This document shows, piece by piece, positions 1 to 9,977 of a stretch of DNA of 64,000 bases. The notes under the pieces are model-generated. The model saw only the letters and a program-made list of their open reading frames with translations. It had not been told where the DNA came from and did not search any database. This DNA comes from a bacterium (GTDB lineage Bacteria; Hinthialibacterota; Hinthialibacteria; Hinthialibacterales; Hinthialibacteraceae): NCBI GenBank assembly GCA_963662285.2, contig CAXXMV010000001.1, positions 1 to 64,000 on the forward strand, in the 5' to 3' direction. A program made the position numbers and the translations under genes. The stretch's first letter is position 1, and each line of letters begins with the position of its first letter.

Positions 1-394
1 ACCAACATATTTATCTTTAATATATATAGCGAAACGGTAAAAATTCTAAAACGTTTTTCATGACCACAAGACCTAGTAGATGCTCAATCCTGACGTATAC
101 AAAATATTGTGTAAGTATCGTCTTACGTACACTTTTTAGCGGCTCAACATATATGTTCAACAATAAACCACTCAATCCAACTTTTTATATCACATATCAC
201 CTTTGATCTTCAAATAAGCCAATCTTTCCACACTTATTTTGAAACGCACATCCGCGAAACAAAGTAAAAACACTAATCCCAACACGATAAAAATACTATT
301 CTATCAACCAACATATACAAATGTTCAATAATTGGCACGGTTTTTGCCATATTGCGTATCAGGAAGCAAAAAATCTATTAGCAGGAGGCGGCAA

Positions 395-766
395 ATGAAT
401 ACTGCAATCGCAATGCCCACCCAATTAGATGATGACATCATCGATACTCTAGAACACTGCATCACCAAAATGTCGAAAAAACTAAAAGAAGTCTTCAATC
501 CCGACAAAGCCGAAACAAAATCATTATTCCGATTATTCTGTTCTGCGGTCAACACACGATCCAGAATGCTGCAAAAGATGGCCAACGCCATCCAAAAAGC
601 CCATCAAGCCATGAATAATTCCAAAAAATCCGAAACAAAGGCCATCAACGACCAATCAAACATCCAAAACGCAAAGCCCGAACAGTCAAATTTTGCATTA
701 ATGACCCAAAATAAAAAGAAGGAAGGCCGCGTAGGAGCATTTTGGCGCAACAAAAAACTGGCGTAG
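395..766 (+). CDS. hypothetical protein, helical and K/N/Q-rich
   Basis: Part of ORF 332..766; the ATG at 395 follows AGGAGG (RBS-like). No recognisable domain. Confidence 0.35.
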   Translation: MNTAIAMPTQLDDDIIDTLEHCITKMSKKLKEVFNPDKAETKSLFRLFCSAVNTRSRMLQKMANAIQKAHQAMNNSKKSETKAINDQSNIQNAKPEQSNFALMTQNKKKEGRVGAFWRNKKLA

Positions 767-879
767 AGCAGTTTTGAAAAAAATTAAGCCATTTCGAATC
801 ACGTTTTGACTCCAAAAAGCCAACCAAAAAGGCTTCCCCAAAACGCGAACAGGCGCCCTATTGCCTAAGATAAAATTTC

Positions 880-1078
880 GGGCGCGCCCCTAGTGGGCGC
901 CCGTAATTTTCAATACCTCTAGAAGTTAAATGATATGTACCGGAATGTTTTTCTAAACTTGGGGATGCGTGATGCGCAAGTGGTTCAGGGCGCCCATAAA
1001 AGACGCCCCTACGGATTGGGTGGCGCCACGAATACGGGTGCCAAGGGCAAGAGCGCAATGCGCTCAGCCCTTGATGCG
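880..1078. repeat. cluster of REP-like palindromes (GGGCGCCC...CCCTAC type and an inverted family-A CAAGGGC...GCCCTTG copy)
   Basis: gggcgcgcccctagtgggcgccc, gggcgcccataaaagacgcccctac and gggtgccaagggcaagagcgcaatgcgctcagcccttgatg match copies near 32028-32100 and 57581-57681. Confidence 0.7.
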
Positions 1079-1192
1079 ATAAATTCCGTTAATAAGCAAA
1101 CCCTGAATGTCTCAAAAAAACTTTAGTATTTGTAATAGATGCAAAAATAAAGGCGCCAACCAAGGCCGCTTAATATGAAGCCCAACGCCCCC

Positions 1193-1235
1193 CATCCTGA
1201 ATATCCTTCAATCCTAGGCATCATGATTCAGACAA
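1193..1235. repeat. AATCCT-type intergenic repeat (related inverted copy at about 39044-39085)
   Basis: catcctgaatatccttcaatcctaggcatcatgattcagaca resembles the reverse complement of tgtctgaatctggatttacaggatggaagaatacttaggatt. Confidence 0.45.
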
Positions 1236-1423
1236 CACGCGGCAGCGTAGCATAGTAAAGCAGTATGAGATACCCAAGCGCTTTTTTTACTGTTTAACAT
1301 CATTTTACTACTTATTTATTAATAGTTAAATAATACAGCATTACTCTATATTCTGTCGATTAAATGTGAGATAATAAATATAATTATTGAGATAGAACGC
1401 TTGGGTTGTTAGGAACATAAGAT

Positions 1424-2425
1424 ATGAACTTCAATAGAACTGGAATTTTAGAGAAAATTGAAAAACGTAGGAAATCAAAAGTTATCCTTTTTGTTACAGG
1501 AGACAGACCTGGTTTGGAAACCCAGATACACCAGGAGGTTTATGACTATTTTGTTAATATATTGGATGATATTGGAGTAGTCGAACGAATATCTCTTGTT
1601 CTTTATACACGCGGTGGTAGTACGCTAACTGCATGGTCTATTGTAAATTTGATTCGACAGTTTTGCAAACATTTTGAGGTGATTATACCAAATAAGGCTC
1701 AAAGTGCAGGCACATTGATATCGATAGGAGCAAAACCAATTGTAATGACGAAACAGGCTACGCTTGGCCCTGTTGATCCCTCAATAAACACTCCTTTAAA
1801 TCCCAGTATTGAAGGAGCACCTCCTGAAGCAAAAGTTCCTGTGAGCGTTGAAGCGGTTAATGGATTCATGGAACTTGCAAAATCTAATATGTTAAATCCA
1901 GATTCTGGAGTAATTAAGGATTTAATAATTCAACTTTCTCAAAAAGTCCATCCACTTGTTTTAGGAGAAGTTTATCGATCGAAATCTCAGATTGGAATGC
2001 TTTCCAAAAAACTACTTTCTTATACTGGAATGCAAGATGCTAGTATTGAAAAAATTGTTGCTTTCCTTTGCTCGGAATCTGGGAGTCATGATTATACAAT
2101 ACATCGTCGTGAAGCGCGTGAATTAGGATTAGAAATAGAAAAACCCGACGATGATTTTTATAAAGAGATAAAACTTCTTTATGATGACTTTGCTAAGGAA
2201 TTGAAACTTAGCGAAAGGTGGGATCCTATAGGAGAATTAGGACAGGAAAACGATTTCACCTATAAAAACAAGCGATGTCTGCTAGAATCAACTTGTGGAA
2301 GATCTTATTTTTTTTCTACGGAAGGTATAATGACAAAGGTACAGCAAGGCTCGCAGATTGCTATTCAAGACAACCGTACATTTGAAGGGTGGAAAAATGA
2401 AACAAATGATGAAACAAATAATTAA
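1424..2425 (+). CDS. SDH-family (ClpP/crotonase-class) serine peptidase
   Basis: Motifs LYTRGG, AQSAGTLI (Ser), LGPVDP (Asp), SHDYTI (His); AT-rich. Confidence 0.8.
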   Translation: MNFNRTGILEKIEKRRKSKVILFVTGDRPGLETQIHQEVYDYFVNILDDIGVVERISLVLYTRGGSTLTAWSIVNLIRQFCKHFEVIIPNKAQSAGTLISIGAKPIVMTKQATLGPVDPSINTPLNPSIEGAPPEAKVPVSVEAVNGFMELAKSNMLNPDSGVIKDLIIQLSQKVHPLVLGEVYRSKSQIGMLSKKLLSYTGMQDASIEKIVAFLCSESGSHDYTIHRREARELGLEIEKPDDDFYKEIKLLYDDFAKELKLSERWDPIGELGQENDFTYKNKRCLLESTCGRSYFFSTEGIMTKVQQGSQIAIQDNRTFEGWKNETNDETNN

Positions 2426-2606
2426 TCAAAATGTAAACTATGCCAATCATACAAATTCCAGTGCACCAATTTGGACTTCGACGAGTGCATCAAGCATCAG
2501 TCTATCAACTATTATTCGGGATAAAAATATCATAATTGGATCCGTAATAAATGAGTCACTAAATGACAAAATCATAGATAACAAAGAAATTCATAGATCG
2601 CGTTAA
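2397..2606 (+). CDS. small hypothetical protein overlapping the 3' end of the SDH peptidase gene
   Basis: ATG at 2397 inside ORF 2358..2606; S/T/N/I-rich, about 69 aa. Confidence 0.35.
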   Translation: MKQMMKQIINQNVNYANHTNSSAPIWTSTSASSISLSTIIRDKNIIIGSVINESLNDKIIDNKEIHRSR

Positions 2607-2813
2607 CACGCGCCGATAAGTTTTGTCGCTTGGCGAGACGTATTGTCTAGACATAACTTTGTTAGTTATTCGGTGAATTAATGGGTGATCAAGGTTAAGA
2701 TAAACCTAATCGCCCCCCATCCCCTACAAACTTATCACACACATCCCCCCCCAATCCCCAACCCACTATCATAGAATAAGCCAAAATCAAAATAAATCTT
2801 GAAAGAGTTAATC

Positions 2814-3545
2814 ATGAAACGAAGCGTGTTGATTTGTCTGGCGTTGTTTATTATGGGGTTGTTGGGTGGGTGCTGCGCTACTCAGCGGGTTTGTGAAACC
2901 AAGGTTCAGATTAAGGGGCAGGATAAGGCTCAGAATAAGAGCGCTTTGTCTCCGGTTTATGCTCCCTTGGCTGATTATTTGACTGAGCGGTTTGATCTTG
3001 GCGCCAAAAGCGGCATTGGCATTGATCTGGGCAGCGGGCGGGGGGATTTGATTGTTGAACTGGCGCAACGCTCTCCGGGGATGCATTGGATTAACGCTGA
3101 TATCAATACCAAGGTGTTTGCGGGATTCTTCAATAAAGCCGCCAGCGCTGGAGTGGCGGACTGCATCAGCGCTCAACTCGCCGACGCCAAGTCGCTGCCC
3201 TACCGCTCCAACTACGCTGATATAATAGTCTCGCGTGGATCGTTCCCCTTTTGGGGAGGCGTTGAGGCTGGCTTGAATGAGGTTAACCGCGTGTTAAAAC
3301 CGGGATGTTTCGCTTTTATCGGGCAGGGCTTCTCCGAAAACCTGCCCGTCGATATCGCCCGCAGCATCCGTGAAAGACAGAAGCAAAACCGCCATTGGCC
3401 GCATTACGACGTCGACCAGACCGCGCAGGAACTGGCTGACATCATGAAGCGCATGGGGAACAAGAACTACATCATCCACCGCCCCCAACCAGCTGGCAGC
3501 CAAGGCGTCAATTACGGCATCTGGCTGGAATGGCGTAAAGAATAG
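2814..3545 (+). CDS. class I SAM-dependent methyltransferase (Methyltransf_11-like) with an apparent lipoprotein signal
   Basis: IDLGSGRG motif I, DAKSLPY, ADIIVSRGS, RVLKPG; N-terminus MKRSVLICLALFIMGLLGGC. Confidence 0.8.
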   Translation: MKRSVLICLALFIMGLLGGCCATQRVCETKVQIKGQDKAQNKSALSPVYAPLADYLTERFDLGAKSGIGIDLGSGRGDLIVELAQRSPGMHWINADINTKVFAGFFNKAASAGVADCISAQLADAKSLPYRSNYADIIVSRGSFPFWGGVEAGLNEVNRVLKPGCFAFIGQGFSENLPVDIARSIRERQKQNRHWPHYDVDQTAQELADIMKRMGNKNYIIHRPQPAGSQGVNYGIWLEWRKE

Positions 3546-3619
3546 CCGCGGATTAACTTGCATGATTCCTGATTCGAGCCATGCTTATATATAATAGTAT
3601 ACGCTTGATCCATGCATTG

Positions 3620-3727
3620 TCCCCTCTCCCGCCGGGAGAGGGCTAGGGTGAGGGGTATGTTCAAACAACGGTGGGATTGAGCCATTCAAGCAACCCCCCT
3701 CTAACTCCCCCCAAACTTGGGGGGAGG
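3620..3727. repeat. REP-like family C (CCCTCACCCTAGCCCTCTCCC...GGGAGAGGG, inverted) plus family D (CCCCCTCTAACTCCCCCC...GGGGGGAG)
   Basis: Family C also at about 9900, 21157/22687, 31177, 44216 and 59127; family D also at about 18087, 18137 and 44289. Confidence 0.8.
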
Positions 3728-3774
3728 ATGTGATTCATAATATTCAGGCTTAATTTGACAATAGGAAACAGCCG

Positions 3775-5806
3775 ATGAACAACTGGTTTTTGAATATCAT
3801 CTATGAAACATGGTTTATGATGGAAGCGGCGGGGCCTTATATTCTGTTCGGCTTTATCGCCGCTGGGTCTGATCCATACATTCGTACCCTCGGAAAAGAT
3901 CGTGGCGTTGTTGGGTAAGCGTAGTTGGAAATCCGTCTTAACCGCGTCAATTTGCGGAATCCCTCTGCCGCTCTGCTCCTGCTCGGTGCTGCCTACCGCA
4001 GCGGCTATCCGGCAAAAAGGCGCCAGCCGGGGCGCCACCACCTCGTTCCTCATTTCCACTCCGGAAACGGGGGTGGATTCCATCGCCATGACCTATGGCA
4101 TGATGGATATATTCATGACCATCCTGCGGCCGCTCGCAGGTTTTATCACTGCCTTGTTCGCAGGAATCTGCGTCAATTTATGGGGCGACGCCGATGATCC
4201 AGAACCAAAAGAGATCAAGACGTCCTGCCCCAAATGCGCGGCGCCATCATCTCCAGCAAATACCGTGCGAACCGATACACAATCCTGGTGGATCAAATCA
4301 CTCCGCTACGCATTCATCGATCTGGCGGGAGACCTGGCCTACTGGTTGACGATTGGCTTCATTCTATCGGGAGTCATTGCGGCCTGTATGCCCGATTGGA
4401 TATTCCAGGGATGGGCCGGGCAGGGCTTCTCGTCATTATTGGTCATGCTCGCTATCAGCATGCCCATGTATATCTGCGCATCGGGATCAACCCCCATCGC
4501 CGCCGCCATGATCGTCAAAGGACTCTCGCCCGGCGCCGCGCTGGTATTTCTGCTGGCCGGACCAGCCACCAACATCGGATCGATCCCCGTCCTGCTCAAA
4601 ATCCTGGGACGCCGTTCGACTTTCTTCTACCTTTTCTCAATTGTGGTAGTCAGCCTGATCATGGGGCAAGCGGTCAATATGTTCTACCAAAACCATGAGT
4701 TGATCCCAATAATGGCTATCAGCGAACATGGAGCCGAAGGCGTCAGCATTATCAGCCGCGTATCAGCCGTAGTTCTTATCCTCATGATGCTTAATGGAAT
4801 ACGCCGCAAGTCGGCGCCGACCGAATGGAGACAGACGGGTGAGTATATAACCGCCAAAACCGGATTCAAAATAACCTGGAATAAAATACTGGCCGCGCTT
4901 ACAGTTCTTTTCGTGATTTCATTGCTGCAATCAACCTTGCCCGGTTCAAGCAGGAATCAATCAACCATCGCTCCAAATGATGACGCCATCAATATTTTCG
5001 TAAGCATAACGCCTCAGGCATACATGGTGCAGCGCATCGGGGGCGCTTTTGTCAACCCGTCGGTTATGGTTGGTCCGGGGCAAAGCCCGGCCACTTATGA
5101 ACCGATGCCCAAACAGATCGCCAAATTATCACTGGCCAAGTTGTACTTTCGCATCGGCGTTCCATTCGAGAATGCCTGGATGAGCCGTATAGAGAAAACC
5201 AACCCCAAGATGAAAATCATAGACCTGAGAAAGAACATCCCTCTGCTAAAGATGAAGACACATTCTCATGGAGAAGATGAGCACGATGCTCATGAAGAAG
5301 CTGAGGAAGATAATGGGGAAAGTTACGATCCCCATATATGGCTCAGCCCTGGTAGAGTTAAGTTAATTGCTCAAACCATCTGCGAGACGTTGGTCGAAGC
5401 TGATCTGGAGCATACAACGTTTTTCCAGGATAACCTGGATGAGTTTTATAAAGAACTAGACATTTTAGATAACGAGATCAAGCAGTCATTAAAAACTCTT
5501 ACGACGCGTAATATGCTGGTTTTTCATCCATCATGGGGATATTATGCTGATGACTATGGCTTAAATCAAATTGCGGTAGAGATTGAAGGCAAAGAACCGA
5601 CCGCCAAGAATATGTCGGAATTAATTGATTTCATTAAGAAAGAGAAAGTCAATACAATTTTCATCCAACCCCAGTTCGACAAAAGCATCGCTAACACCAT
5701 TGCTGATTCTATAAATGGCAGCATCGTGACGCTCGATCCATTAGCCCCGGATTATCTTAATAGCATGAGAACTATTACCGGAAAGATCCAAAAGGCATTG
5801 CAATGA
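3775..5806 (+). CDS. DUF318/SO_0444-type metal permease fused to a ZnuA-like metal-binding domain; +1 frameshift near 3865
   Basis: GIPLPLCSCSVLP, STPETGVDS, PMYICASGSTP, LLAGPATN (DUF318); C-terminal SPATYEP, His/Glu-rich loop, DPHIWLSP, HPSWGYY (ZnuA). The N-terminus MNNWFLNI..FGFIAAG starts at 3775 in another frame and joins after removing one G at 3865-3867. Confidence 0.75.
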
Positions 5807-6543
5807 ACCAGAATCCGCCCATCGTCAATATTGAAAATGTCTATTTCAGATATGATAGAGACCCGGTTTTAGAGAATGTGTCGCTGAAAGTAGATCAGGG
5901 GCAGTTCGTCGGCGTGGTTGGCCCCAACGGCGGGGGTAAGACAACGCTGCTTAAAATGATGCTGGGATTCCTGCAGCCGGATAGTGGATCGGTTCGTGTA
6001 TTTGAGAAACCGCCCAACAAAGTGGTATCCCAGATTGGTTACGTGCCCCAATACGCCGCGCTGGATTTGGAATTCCCCATCTCGGTGATTGATGTGGTAT
6101 TGATGGGGCTGCTGGGCAGCTCGCCTCAATTTGGCAGGTATAGTAAATCCGATAAGCAGACCGTTGAAAACGTTTTGAGCCAGGTTGAGATGGCTGACCT
6201 GCGCAACCGGCAATTCGGCGATTTATCCGGCGGCCAGCGTCAGCGCGTACTGATCGCCCGCGCTCTGGCTGGCGCCCCTCAGCTGTTGATCATGGATGAA
6301 CCGACCTCACACGTCGACAGCCTGTCGCAAAAACAGATATTCAACCTGCTGCATGACATCAACCAACATTGCACCATCATAGTAGTATCGCACGACCTGA
6401 GCATAGTCCCCATCTACGTAACCCAGGTTGCCTGCCTAAACCACAGTCTGGTAATCCACCCCACCAAAGAACTAACCATAGAATCCCTCGAAACCATGTA
6501 CCACACCCCCATGCAATTCGTGGATCATGGACATGAGGTTTAG
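5803..6543 (+). CDS. znuC: metal ABC transporter ATP-binding protein (ZnuC-like)
   Basis: Walker A GPNGGGKT, IGYVPQ, LSGGQRQR, MDEPT, H-loop SHDL; start overlaps the upstream stop. Confidence 0.85.
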   Translation: MNQNPPIVNIENVYFRYDRDPVLENVSLKVDQGQFVGVVGPNGGGKTTLLKMMLGFLQPDSGSVRVFEKPPNKVVSQIGYVPQYAALDLEFPISVIDVVLMGLLGSSPQFGRYSKSDKQTVENVLSQVEMADLRNRQFGDLSGGQRQRVLIARALAGAPQLLIMDEPTSHVDSLSQKQIFNLLHDINQHCTIIVVSHDLSIVPIYVTQVACLNHSLVIHPTKELTIESLETMYHTPMQFVDHGHEV

Positions 6544-6704
6544 TAGTAAGAGATACATCCTTCATAACATATATAATATTTGACAAATCCTGTTGTCATT
6601 TTATCTTTTCCTTCTATGAAAAAATGTCAATTCCATCTAATTTTTTATTGCACAAAAGTTCATTGCGTGTTATGATACAAAAAATTTGGGAAAAGAGGCG
6701 TATT

Positions 6705-7820
6705 ATGGATAAAAGCAACCATGTTGTAAGAAATAATGATACGACTATGACCAGAACAATATCTGATGAGAGATATTGGTGTGAATATAATAATTTCCAG
6801 AGGGAAAAACACAATATTATCAAGAATTATTTAAATGGCTGGTTTCCTAAACTTGCGAAATGGAACAACAAACTACTTTATTTGGATACTCATGCAGGGC
6901 GAGGAAAACACATTAGCGGCAAATTAGGCTCACCACTTGTTGCTTTAGAAACATTATTAAACCATACCTATTTTCCAAAACTCAATAATTGTGAATTTAC
7001 ATTTAATTTTATAGAAAGAAATAGATCAAATTATGAAAGTTTAATGGGCGATTTAAAAGAATATAACCTCCCTGCTAATGTTAAATGCAATCCAATCGAA
7101 GAAGATTGTTTCAATATTCTTGAAGAAATGATCACTTTTTTAAATACACCAGCATTTATTTTCATTGATCCTTTTGGCTTTAAAATACCAGGAAAATTAT
7201 TACGAGACTTGATGAGTATAAAAAAAGTAGAATTATTTGTTAACATTATTTGGAGAGAATTAGATATGGCAATTTGTCAAAAAACAAAGCCATCAGGAAT
7301 GATGAAAACATTAGATTTAATATTCAATGGAGGAATCTGGCAAACAATAACAGATAATGATCCTGATAAACGGGCTGATCAAGCAGCAAAATTAATCCAA
7401 GAAATGACAGGTTCAAAATGGTCAACATATATTAGCATGATTGGTGAGAATCATAAAACTCGTTATTTCCTTTTACACTTAACCAATCACGATGATGGAA
7501 GAGATTTAATGAAAGAATGTATGTGGAAATCATGTCCAGATGGGGGATTTTATGTAAAAAAAGTACATAATCCCGATCAATTGTTCCTAATTGAACCTGA
7601 ACCTGACCTTGAATTACTAGATGAATGGATAATTTCTGAATTAAAAAATCAACCTCAAAGATGGGAGAATTTAATAATCAAAATTAGAAAAGAAATCTGG
7701 CTAACTAAACATTTCAATCAAGAGATTCAAAAATTACGGAAAAAGGGGATAATTGAAGGTAAGGATTACGATGGAAAGTTTGCTAGAACGAATAACCCAA
7801 TTATTCACATGAGACAATAG
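6705..7820 (+). CDS. tcmP: three-Cys-motif partner protein TcmP (methyltransferase-like fold)
   Basis: EKHNIIKNYLNGW, YLDTHAGRG, FIFIDPFG, ELFVN, YFLLHLTNH..G..LMKE; adjacent to DUF5131. Start uncertain (ORF opens at 6624). Confidence 0.75.
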   Translation: MDKSNHVVRNNDTTMTRTISDERYWCEYNNFQREKHNIIKNYLNGWFPKLAKWNNKLLYLDTHAGRGKHISGKLGSPLVALETLLNHTYFPKLNNCEFTFNFIERNRSNYESLMGDLKEYNLPANVKCNPIEEDCFNILEEMITFLNTPAFIFIDPFGFKIPGKLLRDLMSIKKVELFVNIIWRELDMAICQKTKPSGMMKTLDLIFNGGIWQTITDNDPDKRADQAAKLIQEMTGSKWSTYISMIGENHKTRYFLLHLTNHDDGRDLMKECMWKSCPDGGFYVKKVHNPDQLFLIEPEPDLELLDEWIISELKNQPQRWENLIIKIRKEIWLTKHFNQEIQKLRKKGIIEGKDYDGKFARTNNPIIHMRQ

Positions 7821-7826
7821 AGAAAA

Positions 7827-8534
7827 ATGAAATCAAATATCGAATGGACAGAATCAACCTGGAATCCAATTACGGGCTGTACGAAAATTAGTCCGGGATG
7901 TGAAAATTGCTATGCTGAAAGAATGGCTCAACGCCTCAAAGCAATGGGACAACCCAATTATGTTAATGGCTTTAATTTGGCTCTTCATGAACATGCTCTT
8001 GATTTGCCTTTGAAATGGAAACAACCACAAACCATATTTGTAAACTCAATGAGCGATTTATTTCATAAGAACGTTCCACTGGAGTTTATTAAAAAAGTTT
8101 TTGCAGTAATGGAAAAAGCATCTCACCATCGTTTTCAGGTATTAACCAAAAGATCAAAACGGCTTATGGAATTAAGTCCCAAACTATCCTGGCCTTCTAA
8201 TGTATGGATGGGAGTAAGTATAGAAACTGAAAAGTATACTCATAGAATTGATCATTTAAACCAGACAGGCGCAAAAGTGAAATTTCTATCGCTTGAGCCA
8301 TTACTCGGTCCATTGCCAAACCTTCATTTAGAAGGAATGGACTGGATTATTGTCGGCGGCGAGTCGGGTCCCAAATCCCGCCCGATGCAGATGGACTGGG
8401 TTCGGGATATTCGCGAACAATGCATTGAAGCCACCGTTCCATTTTTCTTCAAACAATGGGGCGGCGTTAATAAAAAGAAGAATGGACGCACCTTGGATGG
8501 CCGTATCTGGGATGAGATGCCAATCGCTGTTTAG
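7827..8534 (+). CDS. DUF5131 / phage Gp37-Gp68 family protein (radical-SAM-like, CxxxxxxCxxC)
   Basis: [62 protein letters not shown]. Confidence 0.92.
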   Translation: MKSNIEWTESTWNPITGCTKISPGCENCYAERMAQRLKAMGQPNYVNGFNLALHEHALDLPLKWKQPQTIFVNSMSDLFHKNVPLEFIKKVFAVMEKASHHRFQVLTKRSKRLMELSPKLSWPSNVWMGVSIETEKYTHRIDHLNQTGAKVKFLSLEPLLGPLPNLHLEGMDWIIVGGESGPKSRPMQMDWVRDIREQCIEATVPFFFKQWGGVNKKKNGRTLDGRIWDEMPIAV

Positions 8535-8687
8535 AACATCAAGTAAATTCTATGTATTCCTCGCGCAATGGGGCGAAGATTTCTAGGGCTACTGAATCAG
8601 CTATGATTCCGGCGCCGTGTTCCATATTAAGTCGATTTCATGCTTATGAGTGTTGATTACTGGTTTTTGATTTTGCGATGTCAATTC

Positions 8688-8957
8688 TTATTCAAAGAGA
8701 TCAGCATGGGAACCAGTGCGTTCAAGGATCAGGTGTTGGCCGTCTATGCGGTAAATCAAAAGCCAATCCGGATCAATGTGACATTCTCTATGCCCGGACC
8801 AGTCGCCTATTAGAAAGTGATCTTTTTTATTCGGGGGTAAGGGGTTTTCGGTTTGCAGCGAATTGATGATATTTTCAAATGCATCAATATTCTTTCCACG
8901 CTTTGAAACGCGCTTTAAATCCTTCAAAAATGTTTGAGTGGTTTTAATAGCGAGCAA
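8688..8957 (-). CDS. yafQ: YafQ/RelE-family toxin (mRNA interferase)
   Basis: FLKDLKR, KDHFLIGDWSGHRECHIDPDWLLIY, RTGSHADLF. Confidence 0.92.
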   Translation of the reverse strand: MLAIKTTQTFLKDLKRVSKRGKNIDAFENIINSLQTENPLPPNKKDHFLIGDWSGHRECHIDPDWLLIYRIDGQHLILERTGSHADLFE

Positions 8958-9221
8958 TTAAATCTCCAACTCTTTTCGTACATCTGAAAAACTCTTGTAT
9001 GTCTGGAGATTTTCTGAATTGCTTTCGCCTTCTTGCATAGCCTTGATAGTTTTACTGTTTGGAATACTTAATTCGAAAGGCAACCCTTGCTGGAGATTAA
9101 CTTGCGCATAGAACATACGAATAGCCTCCCCTTCGGTTATTCCCAGTTGTTGGAAGACTTTTAAGGCGGCTTCTTTCAAATCGCCGTCAATTCGCGTACT
9201 TACGCGCTCATTCATACTCAT
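8958..9221 (-). CDS. dinJ: DinJ/RelB-family antitoxin
   Basis: RIDGDLKEAA..LGIT..EAIRMF..GLPFE..PNSKT..AM; likely start 9221 after AAAGGAGA. Confidence 0.9.
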   Translation of the reverse strand: MSMNERVSTRIDGDLKEAALKVFQQLGITEGEAIRMFYAQVNLQQGLPFELSIPNSKTIKAMQEGESNSENLQTYKSFSDVRKELEI

Positions 9222-9380
9222 TTGGTTGTTATCTCCTTTCTTAATATTGTACACCAAATGACACCCAGCATCAAGAATTTTCCATTTTTCTTCAAACAAT
9301 GGGCGGCGTTAATAAAAAGAAGAATGGAGGCGCCTTGGATGGCTGTATCTGGGATGAGATGCCAATCGCGGTTTAGAACA

Positions 9381-9710
9381 TCACGCAAATTCTATGTATT
9401 CCTCGCGCAATGGGGCGAAGACTTCTAGGGCTACTGTGTCGGATATGATTTCAGCGCCATGTTCCATATCGGCGGGGATGCTCCAGCTGTCGCCTGGATT
9501 TACCTCGTATAATTGATCGCCAATGGTTAGTTTTATGTTTCCCGAAACCAGGTATCCGGTTTGTTCGTAGGGATGCTGATGGGTGGGAAGAGTCCTGCCC
9601 GCTTTCATGACGAATTCGGTCATCAGGGTTTTTTCACCATAAACGGTAGTGGTGATTTGGATGCCGGGCAAGATTTCTTTATACGAGTTGTCGGAACTTT
9701 TTTTGAACAT
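9381..9710 (-). CDS. cupin domain protein
   Basis: HQHPYEQTGY..SG and PGDSWSIP..HGA cupin motifs; VFAPLREEY. Confidence 0.88.
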   Translation of the reverse strand: MFKKSSDNSYKEILPGIQITTTVYGEKTLMTEFVMKAGRTLPTHQHPYEQTGYLVSGNIKLTIGDQLYEVNPGDSWSIPADMEHGAEIISDTVALEVFAPLREEYIEFA

Positions 9711-9745
9711 TTTTTATATTCCCTTAATCCTGGTTAGTTATTCTT

Positions 9746-9960
9746 GGTGGGCTACGCTGGCGCTTTTAGCCCACCCTACACGTAGGTATATTTAATCAAT
9801 GGCTGAAAGACTACTATCGTTAGTGGCTTGATCAAGGGCTGACCGCATTGCGGTCTTGCCCTTAGCGCCCATATCAATAACTTAAGTGATTCTAAATTAC
9901 CCCTCACCCTAGCCCTCTCCCGGTGGGAGAGGGGACTTGGTTATCCAACATTATGAGTTG
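9746..9960. repeat. cluster of three REP families (B at 9746-9779, A at about 9830-9870, C at 9900-9935)
   Basis: ggtgggctacgctggcgcttttagcccaccctac; caagggctgaccgcattgcggtcttgccctt; ccctcaccctagccctctcccggtgggagagggg. Confidence 0.85.
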
Positions 9961-9977
9961 GTCAGAGTCATGCATTA

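Larger units (their letters stand above)
8437..9469 (+). repeat. imperfect direct repeat of about 190 bp (8437-8627 and 9280-9469) flanking the DinJ-YafQ module
   Basis: ttccatttttcttcaaacaatgg...ttctagggctactg...gttccatat occurs twice with scattered substitutions and a 1-bp indel. Confidence 0.9.

Noticed and set aside
858-1126. ORFs MRSCPWHP.. and MYRNVF..
   Set aside because: They are translations of REP palindromes; the same MRSCPW peptide recurs at 32046 and 33056.
7827-8534. Prophage, suggested by the Gp37/Gp68 family name
   Set aside because: No structural, terminase or integrase genes nearby.
9222-9299. Extended N-terminus of the DinJ ORF
   Set aside because: It overlaps the duplicated DUF5131 end; an RBS supports the start at 9221.
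8350-9428. Near-identical short ORFs 8350..8586 and 9222..9428
   Set aside because: They are off-frame products of the 190-bp duplication, not genes.
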